A DNA stretch of 35,426 nucleotides from Octopus bimaculoides (GCF_001194135.2 NC_068992.1:56669732-56705157), one strand, 5' to 3'; shown: positions 11,942 through 23,134, counted from the stretch's first letter. Notes: generated by a model from the sequence alone, not told the origin. Program-made: numbers and translations.

Positions 11942-12235
11942 AAGGCCCATGGCCTCGTGCTTAGAGTGTTGCACTCACGATTACCGGATCAGTGGTTTTG
12001 ACTGTCAGACCGGATGCTGTGTTGTTCTCTTGAGCAGAACACTTCACGTTGCTCTGCGATCATTTCGACATCTGACATGTGGCATGTGGTCGTACACCTA
12101 AATAGGTAATGTCGATTTGATGGGGGAGTGAGCTCATGTGAACATTGGATAGCTATAAACAAATCATCTGTGTGGTTGTTCAAGAAGAAAATACAACAGC
12201 GTGTTACGTCGTCCAACGAGGTGAGAGACCGTGGT
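11942..12235 (+). mobile_element. tRNA-derived SINE, family D
   Basis: Head AAGGCCCATGGCCTCGTGCTTAGAGTGTTGCACTCACGAT..GTGGTTTTGACT, then TTCTCTTGAGCAGAACACTTCA (CORE-like start) and a body distinct from family C. Confidence 0.65.
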
Positions 12236-12263
12236 GTTTATATATGTATATGTATATGTATAC

Positions 12264-12424
12264 ATGACGGTTTTCTAAGCCGTTTCTGTATACCAAATTC
12301 ATTTCGAAGTCCTTGGCAGGTCCGGGATGATAGCAGAAGATGATAGGCTAAGGTTCCGAGCAGTATTACTGAGCTTCAAACCATTTGGTTATCAAACGAG
12401 TCTCTTAACCACTCATCTATTCCT
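12264..12424 (-). mobile_element. SINE family A, diverged copy
   Basis: ATGACGG..TTTCTGTATACCAAATTCATT..AACCATTTGGTT..TCTTAACCACTCATCT aligns to 25-183. Confidence 0.75.
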
Positions 12425-12829
12425 ATAAAATCTATTCATAAGCTGAGAGAAATTATGAACGTGTAAATCAAGACGAATTCTTGCAGCGGTTTGCTAAAAT
12501 TAGATAAAAACCAATGTGGATTTAGCCTGTAATACGCTGAATTTCCCAGATGGATGTATCATATAGTAATCGCGATAATGGACATTCAGATATGTATTCA
12601 TTTAAAGAAACTAAAAAGGAATAGTGAATGTGTGTCCTATCGAAAGTAAAATTGAAAAGGTTATTAGCATTTCCTAATAGGGTCAAAGGATCAATAACCT
12701 TGGTCAGTATGTTTGTCAAAGCACTATAGATTTGTTGTAATGGTTAAAGTAGCTGGAAAACATATATACATATATGTGTATGCACATATATACATGTATA
12801 TGTATCTATATGTGTGTATATATATTTTT

Positions 12830-12832
<3 letters not shown>

Positions 12833-12911
<79 letters not shown>
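12833..12911. repeat. (CA)n microsatellite
   Basis: Direct sequence. Confidence 0.97.
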
Positions 12912-12916
<5 letters not shown>

Positions 12917-13130
12917 ATGTATATATAGAGATATGGACGTGGGGAAAATAATGTATATAGAAAATTTGATAAGGAAATGTTTCCTGTTTTAAGGATTCCT
13001 ACGTTGTTTGTGTTTCACAGTTCATTGGTATATACATTGGGGAATAAATATTGCTAAAATGGAGAAATATGTAGTATCAGTAAATGGAACCATCTTAGTA
13101 AGTATCTGTATATCTTCATACATTATTAAC

Positions 13131-13173
<43 letters not shown>

Positions 13174-13700
13174 TGAAATAAATAGTAGTAGCACCTCTAA
13201 TGATAATAATGTGAATTATGAGTCTAGTACATACATGGAAATAGAAAATAATAGTATGCCTGACACTGGGGGAATAATTCTATCTGTTAGCACGATAGAA
13301 ATGGAGTTAGATAGTAATAGAAGCGATCTTAATAAGCCTGATAACAGAATTAATAATAGGGGAAATAATATCATTGCGAATAATTGTAACAACAATAACT
13401 TGAATCTTAGTAATAATTTTTTCGTTTCTTATTTTTCGTTCCATTCTTTGTACCAACCCTCTGCACGTTTTTTTCAGTGTTTTTGGGTTTTTTTTTGTTA
13501 TTTTCCTACTGTCCAGTATCCTTGGTTTTTAAAGAATATATAGCATATAAACAAAGCCTGCAAGATTGCTTTAAGAAACATGGCGTATTTTAGAAATATG
13601 CCTGTTCAAGTATCATAATAGCATGAAAATATTAGTAGCTCTTTCGATTGTGCATTTAATTTGACACACACACACACATATATATGAATATGTGTTCCTC

Positions 13701-13701
<1 letters not shown>

Positions 13702-13768
<67 letters not shown>
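13702..13768. repeat. (TG)n microsatellite
   Basis: Direct sequence. Confidence 0.97.
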
Positions 13769-13774
<6 letters not shown>

Positions 13775-14227
13775 AAATTGTCAATATTGAAAATTTCCCA
13801 ATCTGACGTGTAAATGATTAAGGATACATACTTCAATTTACACTACAGCGATCCTTAAGTAGAGAAGTAGCTTCCACTTAGCAGCGCTGGGAGTCGTCAA
13901 ATTTCAAAAACAAAAACTCTTTGTCCAACTGGCAACGCGTTAGGCGACAGTCGTTTACGGGATTTATCATTTTTATTAGAAATAAAACAGTTAAATCAGG
14001 CAGAATATATAGTTTTGGTTAACATTAAAATTTGAAGAAAACTTTCTGCTATCAGCAACATGAAACATTACTTAGGATAAATCCTTGAGCATGTAACTTC
14101 TGGGGCTATTTTTCGGCGGCTTCTGAAATATATTGAGTGTATTAGTACAATAAATCAGTAACCGGATTTTTCCCCCGACGATAATCGCAGCTTCTGCTGT
14201 TTCAAATGCATACACACATTAGGTATA

Positions 14228-14229
<2 letters not shown>

Positions 14230-14323
<94 letters not shown>

Positions 14324-14340
14324 TTATTTATTTATTTATT
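14230..14340. repeat. (CA)n(TCTA)n(TTTA)n compound microsatellite
   Basis: Direct sequence. Confidence 0.95.
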
Positions 14341-15059
14341 TTATCTCTAAATTATTATAATATGTTGCCCAAATGTGGCTTTCAAACATCATGGGGAAAA
14401 TTTTGTTGAAAATATCTGGTTTAGTCGTAATTGTTACATCTAAATAGTTCAAAAAGAAAACAACTCGAACAGAAGTGAGTTCATATTATCTCTAAAATCA
14501 AAAATATATCTAAAATAAATTACAAATAATCATGAAATAAACCCAAAATAAGCTGTAATCATGTATTTCCGAAATATTTTTAAGGAAAATTTTGGTTTCA
14601 TTCAAAATACTGCATTCATTTATACCATGAATTTAACTGGATTATTCGATGATCAGTAGGGTTTTTTAAAAAAATAAATTGGTGCGGTGTTTTCGAGTAA
14701 ACAATGAAAAATTATTCAAGTTATTTTGTGTCTGGACCTAAAGAAAATATATTGCACAAAAAAAAAAAAAATTCGTGTAGTCTGTAAATCATTGTCTAAA
14801 AATTGTTTTCTTATGCCAAATTTCATATACTTGGATGCAAAATTGAAGCACAGAACATGAGACTGACATACATACATAAATAAGTATGTTAAACATACAT
14901 GTATATGCGTGTATGTGCGTGAATGTTTGTGTGTCTGTTTATCATTATTATGTTACTGTGCGTACGTGTACAGACACGCACACAATCACGTATATCTAAA
15001 TATATATAAGCGTTTCAGCGAATCCATCTAGCCCCCTATTTATTCATCTGTCAAGCCAT

Positions 15060-15117
15060 CTATCAATCAATCAATAAATCAATTAATTAATCAATCAATC
15101 AATCAGTCAGTCAGTGA

Positions 15118-15187
<70 letters not shown>

Positions 15188-15188
15188 A
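15060..15188. repeat. (TCAA)n(TCAG)n(TCTA)n compound tetranucleotide microsatellite
   Basis: Direct sequence. Confidence 0.95.
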
Positions 15189-15447
15189 TATGTGTCTCTG
15201 TACTTACCCCTACCTCTCTCACTGTAAATATGTATGAACTTGTGTATGAATGCACGCATACACTTGTGAGTACGCATAGGCTTGTGTGCAAACACAAGAT
15301 AAATACATGTATTTAGCTTTGAGTGAATGTGTGCATGTGATTTTATATATGTGGCTATCGACCTATCTATCTACTGCTCTCATTCTCCTTATATTTATAT
15401 ACACGCAAGCATGCATGTGAGTAGTCATCTACATGTTTGTCTGTGTC

Positions 15448-15483
<36 letters not shown>

Positions 15484-16119
15484 NNNNNNNNNNNNNNNNN
15501 NNNNNNNNNNNNNNNNNNNNNNNNNNNNNNNNNNNNNNNNNNNNNNNNNNNNNNNNNNNNNNNNNNNNNNNNNNNNNNNNNNNNNNNNNNNNNNNNNNNN
15601 NNNNNNNNNNNNNNNNNNNNNNNNNNNNNNNNNNNNNNNNNNNNNNNNNNNNNNNNNNNNNNNNNNNNNNNNNNNNNNNNNNNNNNNNNNNNNNNNNNNN
15701 NNNNNNNNNNNNNNNNNNNNNNNNNNNNNNNNNNNNNNNNNNNNNNNNNNNNNNNNNNNNNNNNNNNNNNNNNNNNNNNNNNNNNNNNNNNNNNNNNNNN
15801 NNNNNNNNNNNNNNNNNNNNNNNNNNNNNNNNNNNNNNNNNNNNNNNNNNNNNNNNNNNNNNNNNNNNNNNNNNNNNNNNNNNNNNNNNNNNNNNNNNNN
15901 NNNNNNNNNNNNNNNNNNNNNNNNNNNNNNNNNNNNNNNNNNNNNNNNNNNNNNNNNNNNNNNNNNNNNNNNNNNNNNNNNNNNNNNNNNNNNNNNNNNN
16001 NNNNNNNNNNNNNNNNNNNNNNNNNNNNNNNNNNNNNNNNNNNNNNNNNNNNNNNNNNNNNNNNNNNNNNNNNNNNNNNNNNNNNNNNNNNNNNNNNNNN
16101 NNNNNNNNNNNNNNNNNNN

Positions 16120-16157
<38 letters not shown>

Positions 16158-16433
16158 TCATAAGAATGGTACAACAAGATACCGATATTTGCTGGAGAAT
16201 AGCAATCGATATACATCATATATGTATGTATATACATCATTATACACGCACACATACACACACACGTGCATTGGTCTTGAATAAATAATTTGAACAATGC
16301 AACGGAAGTACGGTCTAATGCTCTGTAGAATTCTTGAGCTTCAATATAGTAACATAACTTTCAGATGTAATCAACATTTGGGATTCAATTGCAGTTTTCT
16401 GCACCTCATCTCATTTGGAACTTATACATACAT

Positions 16434-16557
<124 letters not shown>

Positions 16558-16898
16558 CTTACAAACGTCCATATACAACAACAAACGACTATGTTCGACC
16601 TACTGCAGTATAGAAACTGATTCATTCAGACGTCAATTCGGATAACGTTCGAGCGGTCTCATGTCTTTAGAACTAATTTGAAATTTGTGGAATGGATTAG
16701 ACTTGCAATTTACAATAAACATCCTTATCCCACTCTCTCCCGCACTGGTTTTGTGAAATGTACATGGGCCCCGGAATTTTCATCCGTTTACATATTAGTT
16801 GCTGAGAGATGAAGAGTCTTTTGTATATTAGGCTTACGTAGCTGTAAACTTTTGACGGTGTACATATAAAAAAAGAGTAAGGCTGAGGGTAAAGACTC

Positions 16899-17167
16899 CC
16901 TTCCGTCATGAATGACCATTGGATTGCACCTAAAAAATTCCCCTCCGAGGCATAAACCCGGGAAAAACTATCTATAAAAGATCATCTGTCGCACATACGT
17001 ACCAGCCTCCCGACTACATGCCAGCGATGTTATCCAAGGAAAAGGCAAACGCTGATACAGCTTGGTACCTGTGATGTGGCAAGAATACAACACACAACCT
17101 GGTCCGAGAATCGAACTCACTACCTCATGATTGTGAGTCAGAAGCTGTAACCAATGAGCCATGCTCC
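16899..17167 (-). mobile_element. SINE family C copy with CORE-region deletion
   Basis: Reverse complement matches the head (GGAGCATGGCTCATTGGTTACAGC..ACAATCATGAGGTAG) and 3' body (AAGCTGTATCAGCGTTTGCCTTTTCCTTGGATAACATCGCTGG..AGGTGCAATC) of 9418-9726, but lacks most of the CORE segment. Confidence 0.85.
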
Positions 17168-17578
17168 TATAAATAACTAGATATACACTAATATATATAA
17201 GACGAAGTTATTTGTCATTATTTCCTAAGCTAGCTTATGTCTGGTTATCTGTGGCGGAAATACGTAATTTTAATGTACATATGAACCATTATTCATACAT
17301 AAGTCTCCCACAATATGTGCCAGAAAAATATCGAAAGTAATGTATATAATTTACAAGATATACATCATGAAAAAATGTTACTAAGAAATAAGCATTCAGT
17401 GGTAAAATGTTTATTTTCTATATTTTCCGTTTTGACATGAATTACGTAGCTTCGGTCTAAATTCCAGTAGTAGATATTTAGTATATGATGTAGTGAACAA
17501 ACCTAAAAAAATAGCCACTAAGTGCCAATTATTCACGCGTCTCTCTCTCTTTATATATGCCTGCATATTTATATATAT

Positions 17579-17579
17579 G

Positions 17580-17632
<53 letters not shown>
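17579..17632. repeat. (TCTA)n microsatellite
   Basis: Direct sequence; abuts the truncated 5' end of the SINE at 17638. Confidence 0.97.
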
Positions 17633-17637
17633 ATATA

Positions 17638-17900
17638 ATCGCGGTTTCGATTCCCAGACCGGGCGTTGTGTGTGATTATTGAGCGAAAACACCTAAACCT
17701 CCACGAGGCTACAGCAGGGGGTGTTGGCGACCCCTGTTGTACTCTTTCACCCCAACTTTCTCTCTTTCTTCCTGTTTCTTGAGTAAATCTGCGATGGACT
17801 GGCGTCCCGTCCACCTGGGCGGGGGACACACCCGTTAGAAACCAGGAAACCGGGCCCATGAGTCTGGTTAGGCTTTAAAAGAGTGCATAAATAAATAAAT
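17638..17900 (+). mobile_element. SINE sharing family F head but with V-domain-like body
   Basis: 17638-17779 aligns to the reverse complement of 6596-6740. It continues CTGCGATGGACTGGCGTCCCGTCCA and ends with (TAAA)n near 17887-17902. Confidence 0.8.
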
Positions 17901-18104
17901 AATTTTGTTTTAGCTACGAAACGCATCTCAGTTGTCCTTGTGGTTAAAAGTTTACAAATGCGGTTATTACAGAAATTTGGTTTGTGACCGTTTAATAATA
18001 AAAACTTAACGTCTAACTGAGCATTCTAAGCTATCATGATTATTATTACTTCGTTTAGAGAGGAATTTAGCCTCATTCTTAATATCATTATACCTATCTA
18101 TATT

Positions 18105-18322
18105 AAGGCGGCGAGCTAGAAGAGTCGTTAGTATGTCGGGTAAAAGTCTTGGAGGAACTTTGTTCATCTTTATGCTCTAAGTTCATATGCCACCGTGTCG
18201 ACCTTGCCATTAATCCTATCGAGATCGAACAATTAAGAACCAGCGAAATACTGGGATCGATGTAATAGATTATTCCCTTACACCAAAATTTCAGGCCTTG
18301 TGCCTTTAGTAGAAAAGATTAT
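18105..18322 (+). mobile_element. SINE family E copy
   Basis: AAGGCGGCGAGCTAGAAGAGTCGTTAGTATGTCGGG..AAGTTCATATGCCACCGTGTCGACCTTGCC..AAAATTTCAGGCCTTGTGCCTTTAGTAGAAAAGATTAT. Confidence 0.8.
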
Positions 18323-18450
18323 ATCTATCTATATTAGCATTCCTATATTTACTAGAAATGGTGTCGTGCTGTATTTTCTCATACAAATAGTTATTGACTG
18401 CATAAGGTTATGAACCCAAAATACTGCACACACACACAAACACAGACATA

Positions 18451-18530
<80 letters not shown>

Positions 18531-19054
18531 NNNNNNNNNNNNNNNNNNNNNNNNNNNNNNNNNNNNNNNNNNNNNNNNNNNNNNNNNNNNNNNNNNNNNN
18601 NNNNNNNNNNNNNNNNNNNNNNNNNNNNNNNNNNNNNNNNNNNNNNNNNNNNNNNNNNNNNNNNNNNNNNNNNNNNNNNNNNNNNNNNNNNNNNNNNNNN
18701 NNNNNNNNNNNNNNNNNNNNNNNNNNNNNNNNNNNNNNNNNNNNNNNNNNNNNNNNNNNNNNNNNNNNNNNNNNNNNNNNNNNNNNNNNNNNNNNNNNNN
18801 NNNNNNNNNNNNNNNNNNNNNNNNNNNNNNNNNNNNNNNNNNNNNNNNNNNNNNNNNNNNNNNNNNNNNNNNNNNNNNNNNNNNNNNNNNNNNNNNNNNN
18901 NNNNNNNNNNNNNNNNNNNNNNNNNNNNNNNNNNNNNNNNNNNNNNNNNNNNNNNNNNNNNNNNNNNNNNNNNNNNNNNNNNNNNNNNNNNNNNNNNNNN
19001 NNNNNNNNNNNNNNNNNNNNNNNNNNNNNNNNNNNNNNNNNNNNNNNNNNNNNA

Positions 19055-19230
19055 AGAGTAAGCACATAAATGCGAAAGAAGGTGGAAAAAATAGTACTCA
19101 AATTTCAGAGGTAGAGTAATATGCTTTATTAAAAAGTTTTGTATAGAATCTATACAAAATTCTCCGACGAACGGGAACGTGAAACTCCGAGTAGCAGATT
19201 TTGTAATATTTTTGCTGCTTTTTAATAAAT
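19055..19230. mobile_element. Penelope-like element terminal repeat (pLTR) fragment with internal inversion and minimal hammerhead motif
   Basis: Contains CCGACGA-ACGGGAACGT-GAAA-CTCCGAG-TA, an inverted pair TTTATTAAAAAG (19125-19136) / CTTTTTAATAAA (19218-19229), and a fold-back junction at 19137-19159. The PLE assignment rests on this architecture and on my recollection of the repeat. Confidence 0.6.
19153..19205 (+). ncRNA. Minimal type I hammerhead ribozyme-like motif (degenerate)
   Basis: Core CCGACGA (CUGANGA with U4 to C), stem II ACG/CGT with GGAA loop, GAAA, near-palindromic stem III ACTC-C-GAGT, GUA triplet, and distal stem I TACAAAAT/ATTTTGTA. Confidence 0.5.
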
Positions 19231-19231
19231 G

Positions 19232-19278
<47 letters not shown>

Positions 19279-19295
19279 CGTGTATATATATATAG

Positions 19296-19335
<40 letters not shown>

Positions 19336-19645
19336 ATATACTTACATACATACATACATACATTCATACATCCAAATAAAAACACGTCGAATGAACCCCA
19401 CATCCATCGTGATTGTTAAAGTATGCTTATAGGGAAATTTTATTGCTATTTCTAATAAGCCGAATGGATGGTTGGTGCTTTTCTTTCACACATTACGTAT
19501 AATATAACATATTGAAATAACTAGGTAAAAGAATTACTTCAGTAGGATAATGTCAAAGACACGATAATTAAGTAAAACACTCTCAAACTGTTAAGAGAAT
19601 ATATCAGTATAAGATATTACACTTACACATGTGTTAGAATAGATA

Positions 19646-19692
<47 letters not shown>

Positions 19693-20110
19693 TTTACAAC
19701 ATTCTGTCCCACATTTGCATTCCGGTAAATTGTTGGTAAATTTCCTTTGATAATTATGGCTTCATAGCGTTTGCTGAAAATGTAGAAAGCAGATGCGGCA
19801 TCACCTGCTATCAGAGCGTAACACATTAGTAAGATCTGTTTTCTTTGATTTCGAAATTTCCTACCTCAGCAATAATTATATCATAACTCGCCATCCATAC
19901 TTCAATGATAGTTGGCAAGAAACTATGCCGAGAATTCTGCTATTTTTTGTTTATTTATTTTCCTTCCTCTTTTAAAAGTATTCTTGATTAAACTTATCGT
20001 TATGACACTTGAATCCTAAATCTAATAGTATAATATTGTGATATGACGTCTGTGTTAGATATATCAATATATAAAGCATACTTTGAAAGAAGCTCAGTAA
20101 TTAGTGGGGT

Positions 20111-20266
20111 GGGGTTTGGCTGCTTGTTTAACAAGTCTCATTCCAACCATATGGTTTCAGGTTCAGCTCTACAGCGCGTCATCTTGTGTGTCTCCTGTTG
20201 AAGCCTCCAAACGGCCAGTGGCCTATGATTGAGTTTGCTCGACAATAACTGTGGAAAACTGTCATA
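20111..20266 (+). mobile_element. SINE family A, diverged copy
   Basis: CCAACCATATGGTTTCAGGTTCAG..TGTCTCCTGTTGAAGCCTCC..GGAAAACTGTCATATA aligns to family A in the forward orientation. Confidence 0.7.
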
Positions 20267-20396
20267 TATACACACGCACACACACTTATACACACATATA
20301 TATATATAATTCAATAATATGATAAAGTCTTTATAAGAATTTATCAAGTAGTTAGCTTGGAAAAACCTCATAAGGGAAAAAACCCTTCTTTTTCCC

Positions 20397-20427
<31 letters not shown>

Positions 20428-21129
20428 GTCTCGTTCTGGTCTGTTGGGGTTTCTTTCTTCTTTGTGTAGAGTTTGTGACATTTCTTCTTTGTTGAGTGGA
20501 GTTTGCGTGCTATGTGTGTTCACATATATGGAGGAGTTATCCTGGTAGGGTTGCCTTCGTTTGTAGTTACCCTCGTTTATAGGGGGTCTTCTTCAAAGTA
20601 TTTGAGTGAAAAACATTGCTTATGTATGTAGGAAGAGAAGGTTTCATTCCAAATGGTTAAGATGTTGTCTGTTGCTTGGTTGAATGATATTTAATTTTTC
20701 AGTAATGCAGAAACCAAAGAAATTATTCATCCGCAAATGCGGTGTTGAGCAATCATGGAGTGAATTCCTCCTCCTCCTCCTCTACGCCCTCCACCACTTT
20801 ATTGCCAGGGGTTTTACTGCACGCCCTGACACTAAACACGGGTATTTCGGCATACATGCACGCTCAGATGGATTATCACATGTCATTTTACCCATACATG
20901 TCTCCCTCCCTCCCCCCTCCCTCCATCCCTCCCTCCCTCCCGACCTACCNNNNNNNNNNNNNNNNNNNNNNNNNNNNNNNNNNNNNNNNNNNNNNNNNNN
21001 NNNNNNNNNNNNNNNNNNNNNNNNNNNNNNNNNNNNNNNNNNNNNNNNNNNNNNNNNNNNNNNNNNNNNNNNNNNNNNNNNNNNNNNNNNNNNNNNNNNN
21101 NNNNNNNNNNNNNNNNNNNNCATATATAC

Positions 21130-21265
21130 GTACATACCTACATCCATCCATCCATCCATCCATCCATCCATCCATCCATCCGTCCGTCCGTCCGTCCGTC
21201 CGTACATACATACATAGATACATACATACATACATACATACATGCATACATACATACATACATAC
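21130..21265. repeat. (CATC)n(CGTC)n(TACA)n compound microsatellite
   Basis: Direct sequence. Confidence 0.95.
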
Positions 21266-22355
21266 GTAACATGCACATTACAAATGGAATCTATTAGTGG
21301 AACAGTAAAGAATATGAAAGATATTCCCCAAGTTCAAAATGTTACATTGCTTTTATTATCTAGATACCAACGATGGAGCTTTGTTAGAAACCTGCTTTTT
21401 CCTTGCAAGAAGACTTGAAGTATTCAAAATCGTAAGAGAAATACATAGAAAATATGCCTAGATATCGATTATGTCCAGCTAAAATTGTACCAGCCGTTTC
21501 CGGTTTTAGTCCAGAGTTTTTGATCCGTTGTTATTGACTTATTTCCACTCGGTTGAGATCTACAGAATCCTTGACCGTATAATGTATTTTTCTTTTCCTT
21601 TTTATTTCACGTGTTTTCAGAATTCTGAGTTAATATTTTCCTTTTGTATTTTTGTGATATTCTCTGTTAGTCTGCCCTCAACTAAAGATTTTTTGTTTCT
21701 TCAGTTAATTTATATTCTAGGTTGAATTTGCCCGCTTTTTGATACATATACACACATAGATGCATATTTACTTATATATATATATACACACATACACACA
21801 CATAAACACACACACACACACACACATACANNNNNNNNNNNNNNNNNNNNNNNNNNNNNNNNNNNNNNNNNNNNNNNNNNNNNNNNNNNNNNNNNNNNNN
21901 NNNNNNNNNNNNNNNNNNNNNNNNNNNNNNNNNNNNNNNNNNNNNNNNNNNNNNNNNNNNNNNNNNNNNNNNNNNNNNNNNNNNNNNNNNNNNNNNNNNN
22001 NNNNNNNNNNNNNNNNNNNNNNNNNNNNNNNNNNNNNNNNNNNNNNNNNNNNNNNNNNNNNNNNNNNNNNNNNNNNNNNNNNNNNNNNNNNNNNNNNNNN
22101 NNNNNNNNNNNNNNNNNNNNNNNNNNNNNNNNNNNNNNNNNNNNNNNNNNNNNNNNNNNNNNNNNNNNNNNNNNNNNNNNNNNNNNNNNNNNNNNNNNNN
22201 NNNNNNNNNNNNNNNNNNNNNNNNNNNNNNNNNNNNNNNNNNNNNNNNNNNNNNNNNNNNNNNNNNNNNNNNNNNNNNNNNNNNNNNNNNNNNNNNNNNN
22301 NNNNNNNNNNNNNNNNNNNNNNNNNNNNNNNNNNNNNNNNNNNNNNNNNNNNNNN

Positions 22356-22400
<45 letters not shown>

Positions 22401-22410
22401 TTGTGTGTAT

Positions 22411-22618
22411 GTGTTTGTCTCCCCAGCATCGCCTGACAACCGACGTTGGTGTTTTTACTTCCCCGTAACATAGTGGTTCGGCATAAGAGACCGATAAAAT
22501 GAGTACTAGGCTAACAAGTAATAAGTCTTGGGGTCGATTTCTTCAACTAAAGGCGGTGCTCCAGCGTGGCCGCACTCAGATGATTGAAACAAATAAAAGA
22601 ACAAGAGAATAAAAGAAT
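22411..22618 (+). mobile_element. Interspersed repeat family B, best-preserved copy
   Basis: GTTTGTCTCCCC..ACAACCGACGTTGGTG..CCCCGTAACATAGTGGTTCGGC..GAGACCGATAAAATGAGTACTAGG..GGGGTCGATTTC..AAGGCGGTGCTCCAGCGTGGCCGCA..GAAACAAATAAAAGAACAAGAGAATAAAAG. Confidence 0.85.
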
Positions 22619-22908
22619 ATATATACGAACATGGGTAAAACTGGATAATAACTCTGTGAGACTTATTGTAATCTTCTTAGACAAACGCAAGAGACAAAAA
22701 CGGGTATAATGGTTTATTTACGTATTCCATTGCAAAATATTAGATCTTTGTAACTTACATATAACCGGTTTCATCCATTCAGGTGTGGATTTATCAAATG
22801 TGCATTTATGACTGCACACACGCACATACATAAACACATACACGCTTAGGTACACACACATGCACAAGCATACCTATATATATGTTTCTATGTCTCTCTT
22901 TGTACGCA

Positions 22909-23118
22909 TGTGTGCGTGGGTTTATCATTTGTTTCATCATAAAACAAATAAGTTTTATATTTACTTAACTTTAAGTATATTCTAGATACACTGTTATTAA
23001 TTTCTACTATTTTTGTGTGCGTGGGTTTATCATTTGTTTCATCACTAAACAAATAATTTTTATATTTACTTAAGCTTAAGTATGTTCTAAGTACACTGTT
23101 ATTAATTTCTAGTATTTT
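22909..23118. repeat. Two-copy tandem duplication, 105-bp period
   Basis: TGTGTGCGTGGGTTTATCATTTGTTTCATCA starts at 22909 and again at 23014; the rest aligns with scattered substitutions. Confidence 0.95.
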
Positions 23119-23134
23119 TTATATATATGTTATT

